A stretch of DNA of 24,390 nt, taken from assembly GCF_006345805.1 (NCBI RefSeq), contig NW_021836420.1, positions 1 to 24,390 of the forward strand, written 5' to 3'. Below, in pieces: positions 9,961 to 22,562 of this stretch; position 1 is the first letter of the stretch, and every line of letters starts with the position of its first letter. Source of the stretch: Octopus sinensis. Lineage: Eukaryota. Below the pieces are notes generated by a model. The model was not told the origin of the DNA. It saw only the letters and a list, made by a program, of their open reading frames with translations, and did not search any database. A program made the position numbers and the translations under genes.

Positions 9961-10340
9961 GATAACATACACGTAATACATACGTTATCAATTCAATGGG
10001 GACCGTTTTGCATACATACATCAACATTAAAGACGGCATGAGAAATTGTTTTCTAAACACGCTGGTTTTTTAGTTAATAGGCATTGATTTCTTATATACA
10101 CACACTACCTAGCTTTTGCTTTTAAATATTTAATACACACACACACACGCACACACACTCAAAAAATGTATTTGATTAAGAAACACATGAATACTTGAGC
10201 CGTTACAGTATACTTGTATACACATGTTATTCTATATGGATCTGTCGTGTTTGAGTATACAGGGTGCGGACAAATTTATGGCTTAAAAAAAGAACGTTTA
10301 AATAATAACAGGAAAAAAATCTGTATTTTTACTTTAAAAA

Positions 10341-10641
10341 ATAGCAGTATCGCCCGGCGTTGCTCGGGTTTGTAAGGGAAATAACTATATAAGCATTTTT
10401 AGAGAGTTAATTCCCTTATATAATAGCAAAAAATGCATTAAAAATAGGAAAAAATTATGGTAAATTTTTTTTAAATCGTAGACTCATCATAGACGCGCGC
10501 TAATACCCAGAAGGGCTCGATGTGAATAACGACTATAAGATACCCGCTTTTGGTTAAACTGCACAGCAAAATGAGGGAGTAGTTAGTAATCTAAATCGTA
10601 GGAGACAGACACTCACATAACTTCACTTTTATATATAAAGA
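10341..10641 (-). mobile_element. Non-autonomous Helitron, nested in the DNA transposon
   Basis: Reverse complement of 13455-13852 without the internal duplication: 5' TC, 3' hairpin CCCGAGCAACGCCGGG, terminus CTAT (mutated CTAG). Confidence 0.85.
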
Positions 10642-10679
10642 TAACATAGGCATAAAGCTAAATTGACAATTTTATAATT

Positions 10680-11264
10680 TCATTCAATAAAACCACCATA
10701 AGCATCAAAAACTGCCTCTATGTGGGGTCGAAATCGTTTACAAGCTCGGATTAAGTCGTCCTTCTTCACATCGGACAGGACTCGAACTATGGCAGCTTTC
10801 AAAGAATCTTTGCTGCTATGGATGTGTTCATTGACATTTTATGCAACGATGGCTCCATACATGCAAACATGGGACAACAAAACATCCAGATAGACGATCC
10901 AAAGGAAACAAGCAAGGGGCATTCGAAGTTTTCTTTCCTCAGTCAAGCCCCAGATTATCCTCGTAATCAGCCGAAATTGCGAGGATAATCTGGTGCTTGA
11001 CTGAGGAAAGCAAACTTCGAATGACCCGTGGATTGAGATCAGGAAAATTAAGAGGCCAAATGTTGGGGTTGATGTGATCATGCAAATTGTCGGCCATCCA
11101 TAACACCTTCCTGTTGATCCAGGGCTTTACAACTTTATCCAGAACCTTAGTATATGCAACAACATTCACCCTAAGACTTTGTAGAAAAAATGAGGAGGCA
11201 TCACGTGTTCTTCATTGCTAACAACACCCAAAATCATGACACTTACAGGAAATTTTGCGTGCAT
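10680..11264 (-). pseudogene. Transposase remnant, DDD/E type (resembles DD37D maT-like proteins)
   Basis: Minus-strand translation across frameshifts: KFPVSVMILGVVSNEEHVMPPHF / LRVNVVAYTKVLDKVVKPWI / WMADN..WPLNFPDLNP / VW / SLKAAIVRV..ACKRFRPHIEAVFDAYGGFIE-stop. The QQD-AP-H block is deleted. Confidence 0.85.
10920..11023. repeat. Palindrome (about 48-bp arms, 8-bp spacer) within an approximately 160-bp insert in the transposase
   Basis: CATTCGAAGTTTTCTTTCCTCAGTCAAGCCCCAGATTATCCTCGTAAT is mirrored at 10976-11023 with 3 mismatches. Confidence 0.9.
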
Positions 11265-11322
11265 TACTCCTGGTAACTCAGAAGGGCCTGCACATAGCCA
11301 TCTGTTATTTCTTCTGTTAGTT

Positions 11323-11477
11323 TTGACCCCAGTGTGTAACTGGTACTTAATTTATCGACCCCGAAAGGATGCAAGGCAAAGTCGACCTCAGCGGAATTTG
11401 AACCCAGAACGTAACGGCAGACGAAATACCGCTAAGCATTCCGGCCAGCGTGCTAACGATTCTGCCAGCTCACCGCC
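11323..11477 (-). mobile_element. SINE family B, 3'-truncated
   Basis: Matches 17960-18110. Confidence 0.88.
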
Positions 11478-11747
11478 TTTAATCTAAAAAGTTTCCATCA
11501 CGGCTTTTCTGGGCAAAAAACAAAAAAAAAAAAGACACGTCTTAATTACTGACTTTCACATCGCGAGAGTCTAGCACTTCTTTGACGCTATCATCGTCTG
11601 TTCTAGATATTTCCAAATGTAAATCAAGTTGAGTGGATTCTACTTGGTTCTATAAATTCAGGTTGCAACTTTCTATTTTCTCTATATAAGTTTTATTGAC
11701 ATTTAATTCTAAAACAATTCCATTTCAACATCCATAATTGACTTTAA

Positions 11748-11960
11748 GGCGGCGATCTGACAAAATCGTTAGCACGCCGGGGCAGATTCTTAGCGGCATT
11801 CCATTCGTCTTTACGCTCTGTGTTCAAATTCCATTGAAGTTGAGCTTTACCTTTTATCCTTTCGGAGTCGATAAAATAAGCACCATCTGAGTACTGAGGA
11901 TGATGTAATCGACTTATCCTCCTCCCCTGAGCTTGCTGGCCCAATGCCAAAATTTAAAAT
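11748..11960 (+). mobile_element. SINE family B, diverged copy with an alternative tail
   Basis: GGCGGCGATCTGACAAAATCGTTAGCACGCCGGG head and central domain. Possible TSD ATAATTGACT at 11734-11743 and 11969-11978. Confidence 0.82.
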
Positions 11961-12262
11961 CAACAATTATAATTGACTCATCAACATAGCCTTTTTGTTT
12001 AATGAATTTTTCAGCAGATATCTGGTTACTGTACTATTATCCGTTTTCTAAGCTTGTCGAATAATTAAGAAAATGTTTCGGTAGTTTTCTCCCACAGGGA
12101 AAGCCATCAAAACGTTTCCATTTACTATGGTTTTCTACAGACAGCTAAAAGTACCGTGTAACTAGGTAAACTGAATGTTCGTACACTGTTTTAATGGCAA
12201 ATTAACCACCGCATGAAAAACGCGAAATGCAATATTTAAACATGCATTAACTTGACAATTTC

Positions 12263-12329
<67 letters not shown>

Positions 12330-12617
12330 TTAATGATGAGTTACTTGTCATGGGAACTTTCCGTCCTAACCCAATGGAATACCTTTATTATCACCTATAT
12401 AATCTATTCAAGCCTTCCCCTGACACGACCACAATTTCAACGTTAAATTTTCTAAATTGTTCGCTCTCAGTTTCTTATTATTGATATTCAAGACAGTGAA
12501 GTATCATTTGAGAGGAATCTAAGTCGTGCGTTTCTAATATATATATATATATATAATAGAAATATTAAAATTACTAGGTCTCTCTAAAGGAGATTACGGC
12601 AGCGTTACTGGAAATTA

Positions 12618-13186
<569 letters not shown>

Positions 13187-13230
13187 TGCACACAAGAAAA
13201 ATATATGTATATATATATATATTGTAGATA

Positions 13231-13384
13231 TTCAAATTCCGCCGAATTCGACTTTGCCTTTCATCCTTTCGGGGTCGATTAAATAAGTACCAGTGAAACA
13301 CTGGGGTCGATATAATCGAATTAATCCGTTTGTCTGTCATTGTTTGTCCCTCTGTGTTTAGCCCCTTGTGGGCAGTAAAGAAAG
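13231..13384 (+). mobile_element. SINE family B, 5'-truncated
   Basis: Matches 15880-16032. Confidence 0.88.
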
Positions 13385-13454
13385 AAGTTTCTTATTGTAG
13401 ATCCATCTCCATTCCCTGACCACTCTAGGTTTCAATTTCTTATCTTTGAAAATA

Positions 13455-13852
13455 TCTTTATATATAGAAGTCAAGTTGTGTGTCTGTCTCCTACGATTTA
13501 GATTCCTAATTACTCCCACATTTTGCGGTGCAGTTTAACCAAAAGCGAGTATCTTATAGTCGTGATTCATATCGAGCCCTTCTGGGTATTAGCGCGCGTC
13601 TACGATGAGTCTACGATTTAAAAAAAAATTTACCATCATTTTTTTTCCATTTTAATGCATTTTTTCGCTATTATATAAGGGAAGTAACTCTCTAAAAATG
13701 TCTACGATGAGTCAACGATTTAAAAAAAAATTTACCATCATTTGTTTCCATTTTTAATGCATGTTTTTGCTATTTTTTGGCTATAACTCTCTAAAAATGC
13801 TTATATAGTTATTTCCCTTACAAACCCGGGCAACGCCGGGCGATACTGCTAG
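13455..13852 (+). mobile_element. Non-autonomous Helitron
   Basis: A|TC 5' end, hairpin CCCGG-gcaacg-CCGGG (13825-13840), CTAG|T 3' end, no TSD. Internal tandem duplication of about 100 bp (13599-13700, 13701-13799). Confidence 0.9.
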
Positions 13853-14528
13853 TATAATCTAAAAACCAACAATATCAGACAAAAGTGAATGTCACGTCAT
13901 TGATAGAAACACATCGAACGAACTAGCGATAGAACACGAGAACAACGCTGTACAAAATTTCATTAACATCACATTTAGAACCCGGATATTGTCATAAATA
14001 CCAAATGGGCGATATTTGCAATCATGGCAGATTCCTAAATAAAGTTAATCAAAATGTCATTCTATAAATAGCAAACTTCCCTTCTTCTGCCAATTAATTA
14101 AGATGCACTTGTTCGGACACAAGATTAGAATTAAACTTTTGTCTCTAGCATACATGGACATATTTAAAATATCTTAGCTGCTCTCTCAAACCCTTGGGCT
14201 TATATTTCTTCCCAAATCTGTCTCTGACAAACTCTCAACTTTGACTAGTTTTAAATATTTTCAAGAGAAAGTTTACGATTCTGGTTGTGGATAAAAAAGA
14301 CTGTGGGGACAAATTTGGCAATTTTTGGCAAAAAAATGTACCATTTTGCCAAGTTATAACAAAAAGTTAGTGAAATATTTAAAATGTTTACAGGTGGATA
14401 GATAGACAAATATAACAAAATAATTTGACAAAAAATGTGAATTTTTAATTATTTTCTGAGATTTTACAAAGACAAAAAAAATAAGATTAAGATTAAAGTA
14501 AAAAATAAATATCACTGAAGCAAAATAC

Positions 14529-14672
14529 CACCAAATATATAGTGCGTGTGTTTTTATTGGCTAAACTGGCAATATGACCATTCCGAAATATAACAAAAAT
14601 AATATTGTTATATTTCGGAATGGTCATTTTGCCAGTTTAGCCAATAAAAACACACGCACTATATATTTGGTG
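14529..14672. repeat. Near-perfect palindrome (68-bp arms, 8-bp spacer)
   Basis: Arms 14529-14596 and 14605-14672 differ at 1 position; a third, direct copy lies at 15113-15229. Confidence 0.92.
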
Positions 14673-15339
14673 TTATAAATACATAAGTTTTTTTTTGTTT
14701 AATTTAAAATATTTTTATTCATTTATTTATTATTATTATTATTACTACTATTGTTGTTATACATACATACATACATACATGCATGCATGCATACATACAT
14801 ACAAGCATATGTAATGATAATAAGTGGATGTAAACACATGAACAAAATAAGAATAAACAAAAACAACAACAACAAAAACAAATTACATGAACGTATATAA
14901 ACAGAAGATACAAATATTACAGGCATCCCCCCCCCCACACACACACACTAAATAAACATAGACGCACATAGAGATATAAGCATGCGCAAATAAAGACATA
15001 TAATAGAAATACAAAATGTCTAACGGTTAGTAAGGAGAGACACAAATAAGAAAGAAGAAAACAAAGGACCGATGATGCAGTCACAGGAGTGTGACGAAAG
15101 AACTCTGGCCGAAATAAGATTAAGATTAATGTAAAAAATAAATAACACTGAAGCAAAACAACACCAAATATATAGTGCGTGTGTTTTTATTGGCTAAACT
15201 GGCAAAATGACCATTCTGAAATATAACAATGTCTGTTTCAACACACGACTTCACATAAAAAATCTTGCACAACAAATATATAAACTTACTAACAAAAATA
15301 ATATTATGTTTAAAATATCTTAGCTGCATTCTCAAACCC

Positions 15340-15505
15340 TTGGGCTTATATTTTATATCGTATCTGACATCCGCAAGAAATGAACCTCCCCATATATCTC
15401 TGGTTTGTACATAAATGACGGATTGGGAGTTTCATGCAATATGAACAGTCATAGGAAAAATTCATTTAGAAATTATCGCACATGTATTTTCAAGGAGTTT
15501 GGCTC
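15340..15505 (+). pseudogene. Degenerate Penelope-like reverse transcriptase fragment
   Basis: From 15402: GLYINDGLGVSCNMNSHRKNSFRNYRTCIFKEFG. This resembles the GLYRDDGL...IFK..GL catalytic region of Naiad-type Penelope RTs (from recall). LGLYFI lies upstream in another frame. Confidence 0.55.
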
Positions 15506-15511
15506 TAATAA

Positions 15512-16400
15512 GGCGGCGAGCTGGCAGAAACGTTAGCACGCCGGGCGAAATGCATAGCCGTATTTCGTCTGCCGTTACGTTCCGAGTGCAAATTCCGCCG
15601 AGGTCGACTTTACCTTTCGTCCTTTCGGGGTCCATAAATTAAGTAACAGTTACGTACTGGGGTCGATGTAATCGACTTGATCCGTTTGTCAGTCCTTGTT
15701 TGCCCTTTCTGTGTTTAGCCCCTTGTGGGTAGTAAAGAAATAGGTATTTCGTCTGCCGCTACGTTCTGAGTTCAAATTCCGACGAGGTCAATTTTAAAGA
15801 TAAGTCGGCGAGCTGGCAGACACGTTAGCGCGCCGGGCGAAATGCTTAGCAGTATTTCGTCTGTCGTTACGTTGTGAGTTCAAATTCCGCCGAAGACGAC
15901 TTTGCCTTTCATCCTTTCGGGGTCGATAGATAAAGTACCAGCTTCGCACTGGAGTCGATATAATCGACTTAATCCCTTTGTCTGTCCTTGTTTGTCCCCT
16001 CTGTGTTTAGCCCCTTGTTGGTAGTAAAGAAACATTTTATCGGGCGATGGGGATAAGTTGAACATATTCACCCCAGCGCTCAACTGGTACTTATGAAAGA
16101 CACAGTCGACCACGGTGGAATTTGAACTCAGAACGTAATAACGGACTAAATGCCGCTTAGCATTTCGACCGGTGTGCTAATGATACTGCCAGCTCATCGT
16201 CTTAATAATAATGATAATAATAATAATCCTCTCTGCCGGAAGCACAAGGCCTCAAATTTGGGGGAAGGAATTAAGTTGATTACATCGACCCCAGTGCGTA
16301 ACTAGTACTTATTAAATCGACCCCGAAAGGATAAAAGACAAAGTCGACTTCGGCGGAATTAGAACAAAATACCGCTAAGCTTTCTGCCAGCTCATCACCT
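15512..16400. mobile_element. Cluster of SINE B copies: + 15512-15794, + 15804-16032, - 16050-16202, - 16228-16400
   Basis: Repeated GGCGAGCTGGCAGA heads and central domains in both orientations. Confidence 0.9.
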
Positions 16401-16401
16401 T

Positions 16402-16431
16402 AATAATAATGTTAATAATAATAATAATAAT

Positions 16432-16489
<58 letters not shown>
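16402..16489. repeat. (TAA)n microsatellite; further tracts at 17043-17115 and 17666-17717
   Basis: Directly visible. Confidence 0.95.
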
Positions 16490-16490
<1 letters not shown>

Positions 16491-17042
16491 CCCTGATGCA
16501 GTACCAGGCAGTGGCTCTCATGGCTTCTGATCTTAACTGATTGGAAGTGTTATCATGTACATTGTTTTGTCTTGGTATAAAAGATGGGCTACAGCAAATA
16601 TTCTGCTCAATACCACAGATTTGCTTGTCAGTTGTTTGACCTTAACCAGTTGAGCATGTCCCTTAGTGGCTGACGATATGTGCATCTCTGATCACGAGCA
16701 GAAGTAGTGGGGGAGCATCATAACCATGTGTTGAGAGAGATTCTTTGGGGTTTGAATAGTTCACCTCTGGAAACATGGGTGGTTCTTTCAACATCCTTAA
16801 ACAACCCTTATTCAGGGACCTTTTGAGCGGGATGGGCTACTCAACCTGAAGAAATTTCTAACTGGGCCCCACTTGCAAGGTCATGTGCTGTTAATCTGAT
16901 ATGAGATCACCATGTCGCGCACATATGGTTGTGATGCATGTGCCTGGTGTACCCTTATCAGACGGGTAGTCATGATGGGTATATTGGGCTTCGTATATTT
17001 TACCCCAGTGTCACTTTGATGGCATGCACTGCTCTCTCACTC
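16490..17042. mobile_element. Unclassified 553-bp non-coding insert bounded by (TAA)n on both sides
   Basis: Sharp boundaries, higher GC than the flanks, no recognisable ORF. Mobile origin is inferred. Confidence 0.45.
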
Positions 17043-17115
<73 letters not shown>

Positions 17116-17117
<2 letters not shown>

Positions 17118-17499
17118 TGAAGGAGAAAATGTAACGATTCTGTGGGACTTTCCAGTACATACAGACCGAACCATCAAAGCCAATAAACCAGATATTGTTG
17201 TGAAAGACCAAAACAATAAAGTTTGCTTATTGATCGACATGAGCATCCCCTGTGATCATATTATCTCAGCGAAAGAGTTTGACAAGCTCAGAAAATATAA
17301 AGACCTACTCATTGGAATTGAGAAAATGTGGCATCTCAAGGTGGTTACAATACCAGTGATCGTAGGAGCACTAGGAATGATCAAGAAGGGAACCGAAAAT
17401 TATATGAGAATGATCCCTGGCTTACCATCCCTGCAAGAAGTGCAAAAGATTGTCTTAACTGGTACATCACACGTATTGAGAAGAGCATTGTCGATGTGA
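17116..17499 (+). pseudogene. C-terminal restriction-like endonuclease (PD-D/ExK) domain of an R4/Dong-type ORF
   Basis: Open frame TEGENVTILWDFPVHTDRTIKANKPDIVV..LLIDMSIP..KEFDKLRKYKDL..IEKMW..IPVIVGALG..LQEVQKIVLTGTSHVLRR-stop. Confidence 0.9.
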
Positions 17500-17665
17500 G
17501 AACTATTACTACCCATGTATTTTAATTTCACTTTAAAAAAAAATGAACGAACTATTGAGTTTAGTTTAATGGCCTACCAATGTATACTATGAGTTTCTTT
17601 GCCCTAGGAGCCGGGAAGACACTCGGCAAGAAATGGAAGCAAATTTGAAAGAAGAAAAAAAAAAC
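17116..17665 (+). mobile_element. 5'-truncated R4/Dong-type non-LTR retrotransposon in (TAA)n
   Basis: Endonuclease-coding 3' end, about 165-bp 3' UTR and A-rich tail; (TAA)n on both sides. Confidence 0.88.
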
Positions 17666-17678
17666 AATAATAATAATA

Positions 17679-17718
<40 letters not shown>

Positions 17719-17739
17719 TTCAGATCTTTGCTAGAAGGG

Positions 17740-18110
17740 CACCTTGGGGAGAGGATTAAGTCGATTATATCAACCTCAATGCGTAACTGGTACTTATTTA
17801 ATCGACATCGAAAGGATGAAAGACAAAGTCGACCTCGGCAGAATTTGAACTCAGAACGTAACGACGGGCGAAATACCTATTTCTTTACTACCTACAAGGG
17901 GCTAAACACAGAGGGGACAAACAAGGACAGACATAGGTATTAAGTCGATTACATCGAACCCCAGTGCGTAACTGGTACTTAATTTATCGACCCCGAAAGA
18001 ATGAAAGGCAAAGTCGACCTCGGCGGAATTTGAACTCAGAACGTAGCGGCAGACGAAAATACCGCTAAGCATTTCGCCCGGCGTGCTAACGTTTCTGCCA
18101 GCTCGCCGCC
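17740..18110 (-). mobile_element. SINE family B dimer (full unit 17877-18110 plus headless unit 17740-17876)
   Basis: The reverse complement matches 15512-15794, including the junction. Confidence 0.9.
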
Positions 18111-18114
18111 TTGT

Positions 18115-18115
<1 letters not shown>

Positions 18116-18187
<72 letters not shown>

Positions 18188-18191
18188 AATG

Positions 18192-18236
<45 letters not shown>
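18116..18236. repeat. (GAT)n grading into (AAT)n
   Basis: Directly visible. Confidence 0.95.
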
Positions 18237-18457
18237 GTGGCAATCGAGGTTGGTGGAAAAATGCGTGACAATTACTTGATTGGAAGATTTCGGCCATTAA
18301 AGAGAAACGGATTAGTAAAGAGAATATTGATAATTAGCCTGCCACAAGAGAATGGAGCTACGTGTCCATTATTGTATATCAGGGAACGGAACTGGGAACA
18401 ACAATAGCAATTTATGGCTATAAAGTCAGATTTAGATTGCATATTAATGATTGACTA

Positions 18458-18496
<39 letters not shown>

Positions 18497-18601
18497 ATAG
18501 ACAGATAGATAAATAGACAGAGACATACATGCATACATACATACATACTCATACACACACGCATATATATATATATGTATAAATGTGTTTGTGTGTGTGT
18601 G

Positions 18602-18657
<56 letters not shown>

Positions 18658-18694
18658 GACAGACAGACAGACAGACAGATATATAGATAGATAA

Positions 18695-18759
<65 letters not shown>

Positions 18760-18846
18760 TAGATAGATAGATAGATACATACATACATACATACATACAT
18801 ACATACATACATACATACGTACTCTTATACACACGCATATTTGTGC

Positions 18847-18878
<32 letters not shown>

Positions 18879-18880
18879 AT
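18458..18880. repeat. Compound (TG)n / (GATA)n / (GACA)n / (TACA)n microsatellite
   Basis: Directly visible. Confidence 0.95.
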
Positions 18881-19440
18881 AGACAGGAAGGAAGAAAGAA
18901 ATGAAGGAAGAAAGAAAATACTTTCTTCAGAAATAATTGCTCTGTTAGATGACTTTACAATTATATGGTTAGAAACTGAACGGGTTGTGAGAATGTCGAA
19001 TAATGTGTCTTGTCTCTGCAAATTGCTGCTCTTTTTTCTTGTTCCAGTTGTTGCTGCTTGTAATCTGAGATGTATTGTGGTTGCTTAACCCCAGGTCAAA
19101 TATTACCAAGCAGGATTATGAACAATAGTTTACCGGCAAACCGTTCGTGACGACCCCACGTCGTTTTCTCTGGCATTTTTTTCTTTATATTTCATCAGTC
19201 AAATTTGGAGAGAGTATTGCCCGTAATCCCTTTGTATAAGACCTTCAATGCTGGCGGTGGGAAGGAAGGGAAATAAAGATTTTGACTCGGAGCAGAGAGG
19301 TCAATGGTTGCAAGACAGCGGATTCCACTAAATATACCCTACGACTATGTGTTGGTGTGTGACAATGGGACAACATCATCCATTGTTTCTTCCTTTTTTG
19401 CAAGTATTATTTGAGGAAAACCTAAGTCGTGCGTTTCTAA

Positions 19441-19515
<75 letters not shown>

Positions 19516-19517
<2 letters not shown>

Positions 19518-19926
19518 CGCAGGAGTGGCTGTGTGGTAAGTAGCTTGTTTACCAGCCACATGGTTCCGGGTTCAGTCCCATTGCGTGGCATCTTGGGCAA
19601 GTGTCTTCTACTATAGCCTCGAGCCGACCAAAGCCTTGTGAGTGGATTTGGTAGACGGAAACTGAAAGAAGCCCGTCGTATATATGTAATATATATATGT
19701 GTGTGCGCGTGTATGTTTTTGTGTCTGTGTTTGTCCCCCTAGCATTGCTTGACAACCGATGCTGGTGCGTTTATGTCCCCGTCACTTAGCGGTTCGGCAA
19801 AAGAGACCGACAGAATAAGTACTGGGCTTACAAAGAATAAGTCCCGGGGTCGTGTTGCTCGACTAAAGGCGGTGCTCCAGCATGGCCGCAGTCAACTTAC
19901 TGAAACAAATAAAAGAGTAAAAGAGT
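19516..19926 (+). mobile_element. SINE family A, full-length copy
   Basis: tRNA-like head (TGGCTGTGTGG A box, GGTTCAGTCCC B box), internal TA/TG tract and (AAAAGAGT)n tail; sits within TA repeats. Confidence 0.92.
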
Positions 19927-19942
19927 ATATATATATATGTAG

Positions 19943-20248
19943 AAGGTTGAAAAGGAACACACGAGTTGATATATATGGGGGGAAATGTCAAGATAGAAAA
20001 TGCTAAAATTATTTTATAAAAAACATTTCAGTACCGGTTTTAGACATTGAGACTTTTTCAACAATTAATTTTAGAAAAATTTAAAAAGTTTTTTTAAAAA
20101 GAATAAATATTCTTTTAAAAAACTTTTTTAATTTTTCTAAATTTAATTGTTTTCCATACTTAAACTTGAAAAAGTCTCAATGACTTAAACCGGTACTGAA
20201 ATGTTTTTTATAAAATTAATTTAGATTTTCTATCTTGACTTTTTTTCC

Positions 20249-20250
<2 letters not shown>
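19943..20250. mobile_element. Family H2 tail-out palindromic element with two decayed HHRs
   Basis: Centre at about 20101-20112. HHR relics at 20026-20062 (minus; GAAA changed to AAAA) and 20166-20201 (plus; GAAA changed to TAAA), both with the TTGAAAA core. Confidence 0.85.
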
Positions 20251-20279
<29 letters not shown>

Positions 20280-20431
20280 TAATTAGGGGTCAGCTAATTG
20301 CTTCACCACATACCGAATTTAGAAATAGGAGTTACGAATTCTTTTTGTACTACCGTAAGAATCTCCCAGACAGTAACACACATTTTTACGTAGGCAAAGA
20401 GAAAAATAATGAATTCACACGACTCCAATTA

Positions 20432-20491
20432 GCTACAGACGCGTTTCGAGATTAAACTGCTTAATTATTTACTTCTCATCATCAGTGTAGC
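20432..20491 (-). ncRNA. Type I hammerhead ribozyme, canonical core with a 1-nt insertion
   Basis: Minus strand: GCTACA-CTGATGA-t-GAGA [23-nt loop region] TCTC-GAAAC gc GTC-TGTAGC. Palindromic stem III ACGCGT, GUC triplet. Confidence 0.85.
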
Positions 20492-20659
20492 ATTTCCAAT
20501 ATAAAATTTTAAACTGCTAGGGTTAAATACGCACACGATCGAGAAACATCGTGCAACAGATATTCAACCTAGGTTTCCAAAATTTACTCAGCCAAATGTG
20601 AATACATATTTATCCCTTGTACCACTCGTGTATGTTATAGAGCAGTACCGCAGAATGTA

Positions 20660-20773
20660 TACATGTATACATGTATAAATATATGTGTGTGTGTGTGTGT
20701 GTATGTGTGTGTGTGCATGTGTGTGTGTACATGTATATATACACACATATATATATATACAGATATATACGTA

Positions 20774-20805
<32 letters not shown>

Positions 20806-20857
20806 ATAATAATAATAATATAATAATAATAATAATATAATAATAATAATAATAATA

Positions 20858-20889
<32 letters not shown>
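20660..20889. repeat. (TG)n / (TA)n / (TAA)n microsatellite
   Basis: Directly visible. Confidence 0.92.
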
Positions 20890-20890
<1 letters not shown>

Positions 20891-21013
20891 GAGTAAATGA
20901 TTTCTATAATGGTTTTTAAAAAGACCAACAATTATTTACTGGTAGAATTCGGTATGTAAATATAGCCGATTAACGGTAGGAACTTCTGTAAAGTTCAGTA
21001 TATATATTGTATA

Positions 21014-21381
21014 TAAATAAATGGGGCAGGCAACAGGTTGCTTGGCCGCATACCACAAATTAGAAATAGCAGTCAAGACTGTTTATTTCTATTGTCTACC
21101 AGTGGGGCTCCACATACGACATACCCTGTAATTCACATATGCAAAACAGAAGGAATAGATAACGAAAACAAAGTCTGGCGGTTATTTGCGAACATCATGT
21201 TTCTGGATTATAAATATATTGAATATATATTGAATATATATTTTCAATATATATATTTCATATATATTACATATATATTTCACATCCGTCTTCAGCGCAA
21301 CTTTCCATTGAAATAGATGTATCAAATGCTACGTACCTCGTAATTTTTCGGTATGCGGCCAAGCAACATGTTGTCTGCCCA

Positions 21382-21390
<9 letters not shown>
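21014..21390. mobile_element. Element with about 49-bp imperfect inverted termini between TA tracts
   Basis: TAAATAAATGGGGCAGGCAACAGGTTGCTTGGCCGCATACC (21014-21062) is mirrored at 21341-21390. Confidence 0.75.
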
Positions 21391-21422
<32 letters not shown>

Positions 21423-21427
21423 TAGAG

Positions 21428-21468
<41 letters not shown>

Positions 21469-21631
21469 TTTGAAACGTAGTTGCGACCGAAGAAGCATAT
21501 ATAGATATATAATTTATATATATATATAACGGTCCATCAAACGAGATAACAGCATCGATCCAGGGAATACATCCTCTTCCGCCTTCAGCAACATTGCCTA
21601 AGACCAATGCGAGATAGGCAGGGCATTACAT

Positions 21632-21687
<56 letters not shown>

Positions 21688-21824
21688 TATATATATAGTA
21701 TATATATATATCTTCATGTCAACTATGAATGAAACTTCGAAATCACAGTCATCATTTTTCCTTGTACAAATAAATTCTATACTCTACCTTTGTGTGCTGA
21801 ATGTTTCAGTAACATTTTGACTTT

Positions 21825-22562
<738 letters not shown>

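Larger units (their letters stand above)
10260..11264 (-). mobile_element. Decayed Tc1/mariner-superfamily DNA transposon (3' half), with nested insertions
   Basis: Terminus TA|CAGGGTGCGGAC at 10258-10271 lies downstream of the transposase remnant; the other terminus is not seen. Confidence 0.75.

Noticed and set aside
13923-14090. LAIEHENNAVQNFINITF, weakly like the region after the catalytic motif of Penelope RTs
   Set aside because: Short, interrupted by stops and upstream of the other RT fragment; it needs an HMM search.
15065-15120. CCGATGA-tgca-GTCAC/GTGAC-GAAAG hammerhead-like motif
   Set aside because: There is no stem I pairing, a 4-nt insertion and a U4C change. It may be a relic but cannot be supported from this copy.
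15512-16400. Repeat cluster considered as a CRISPR-like array
   Set aside because: The units are 150-230 bp SINE copies in mixed orientation, with no regular repeat-spacer period and a eukaryotic context.
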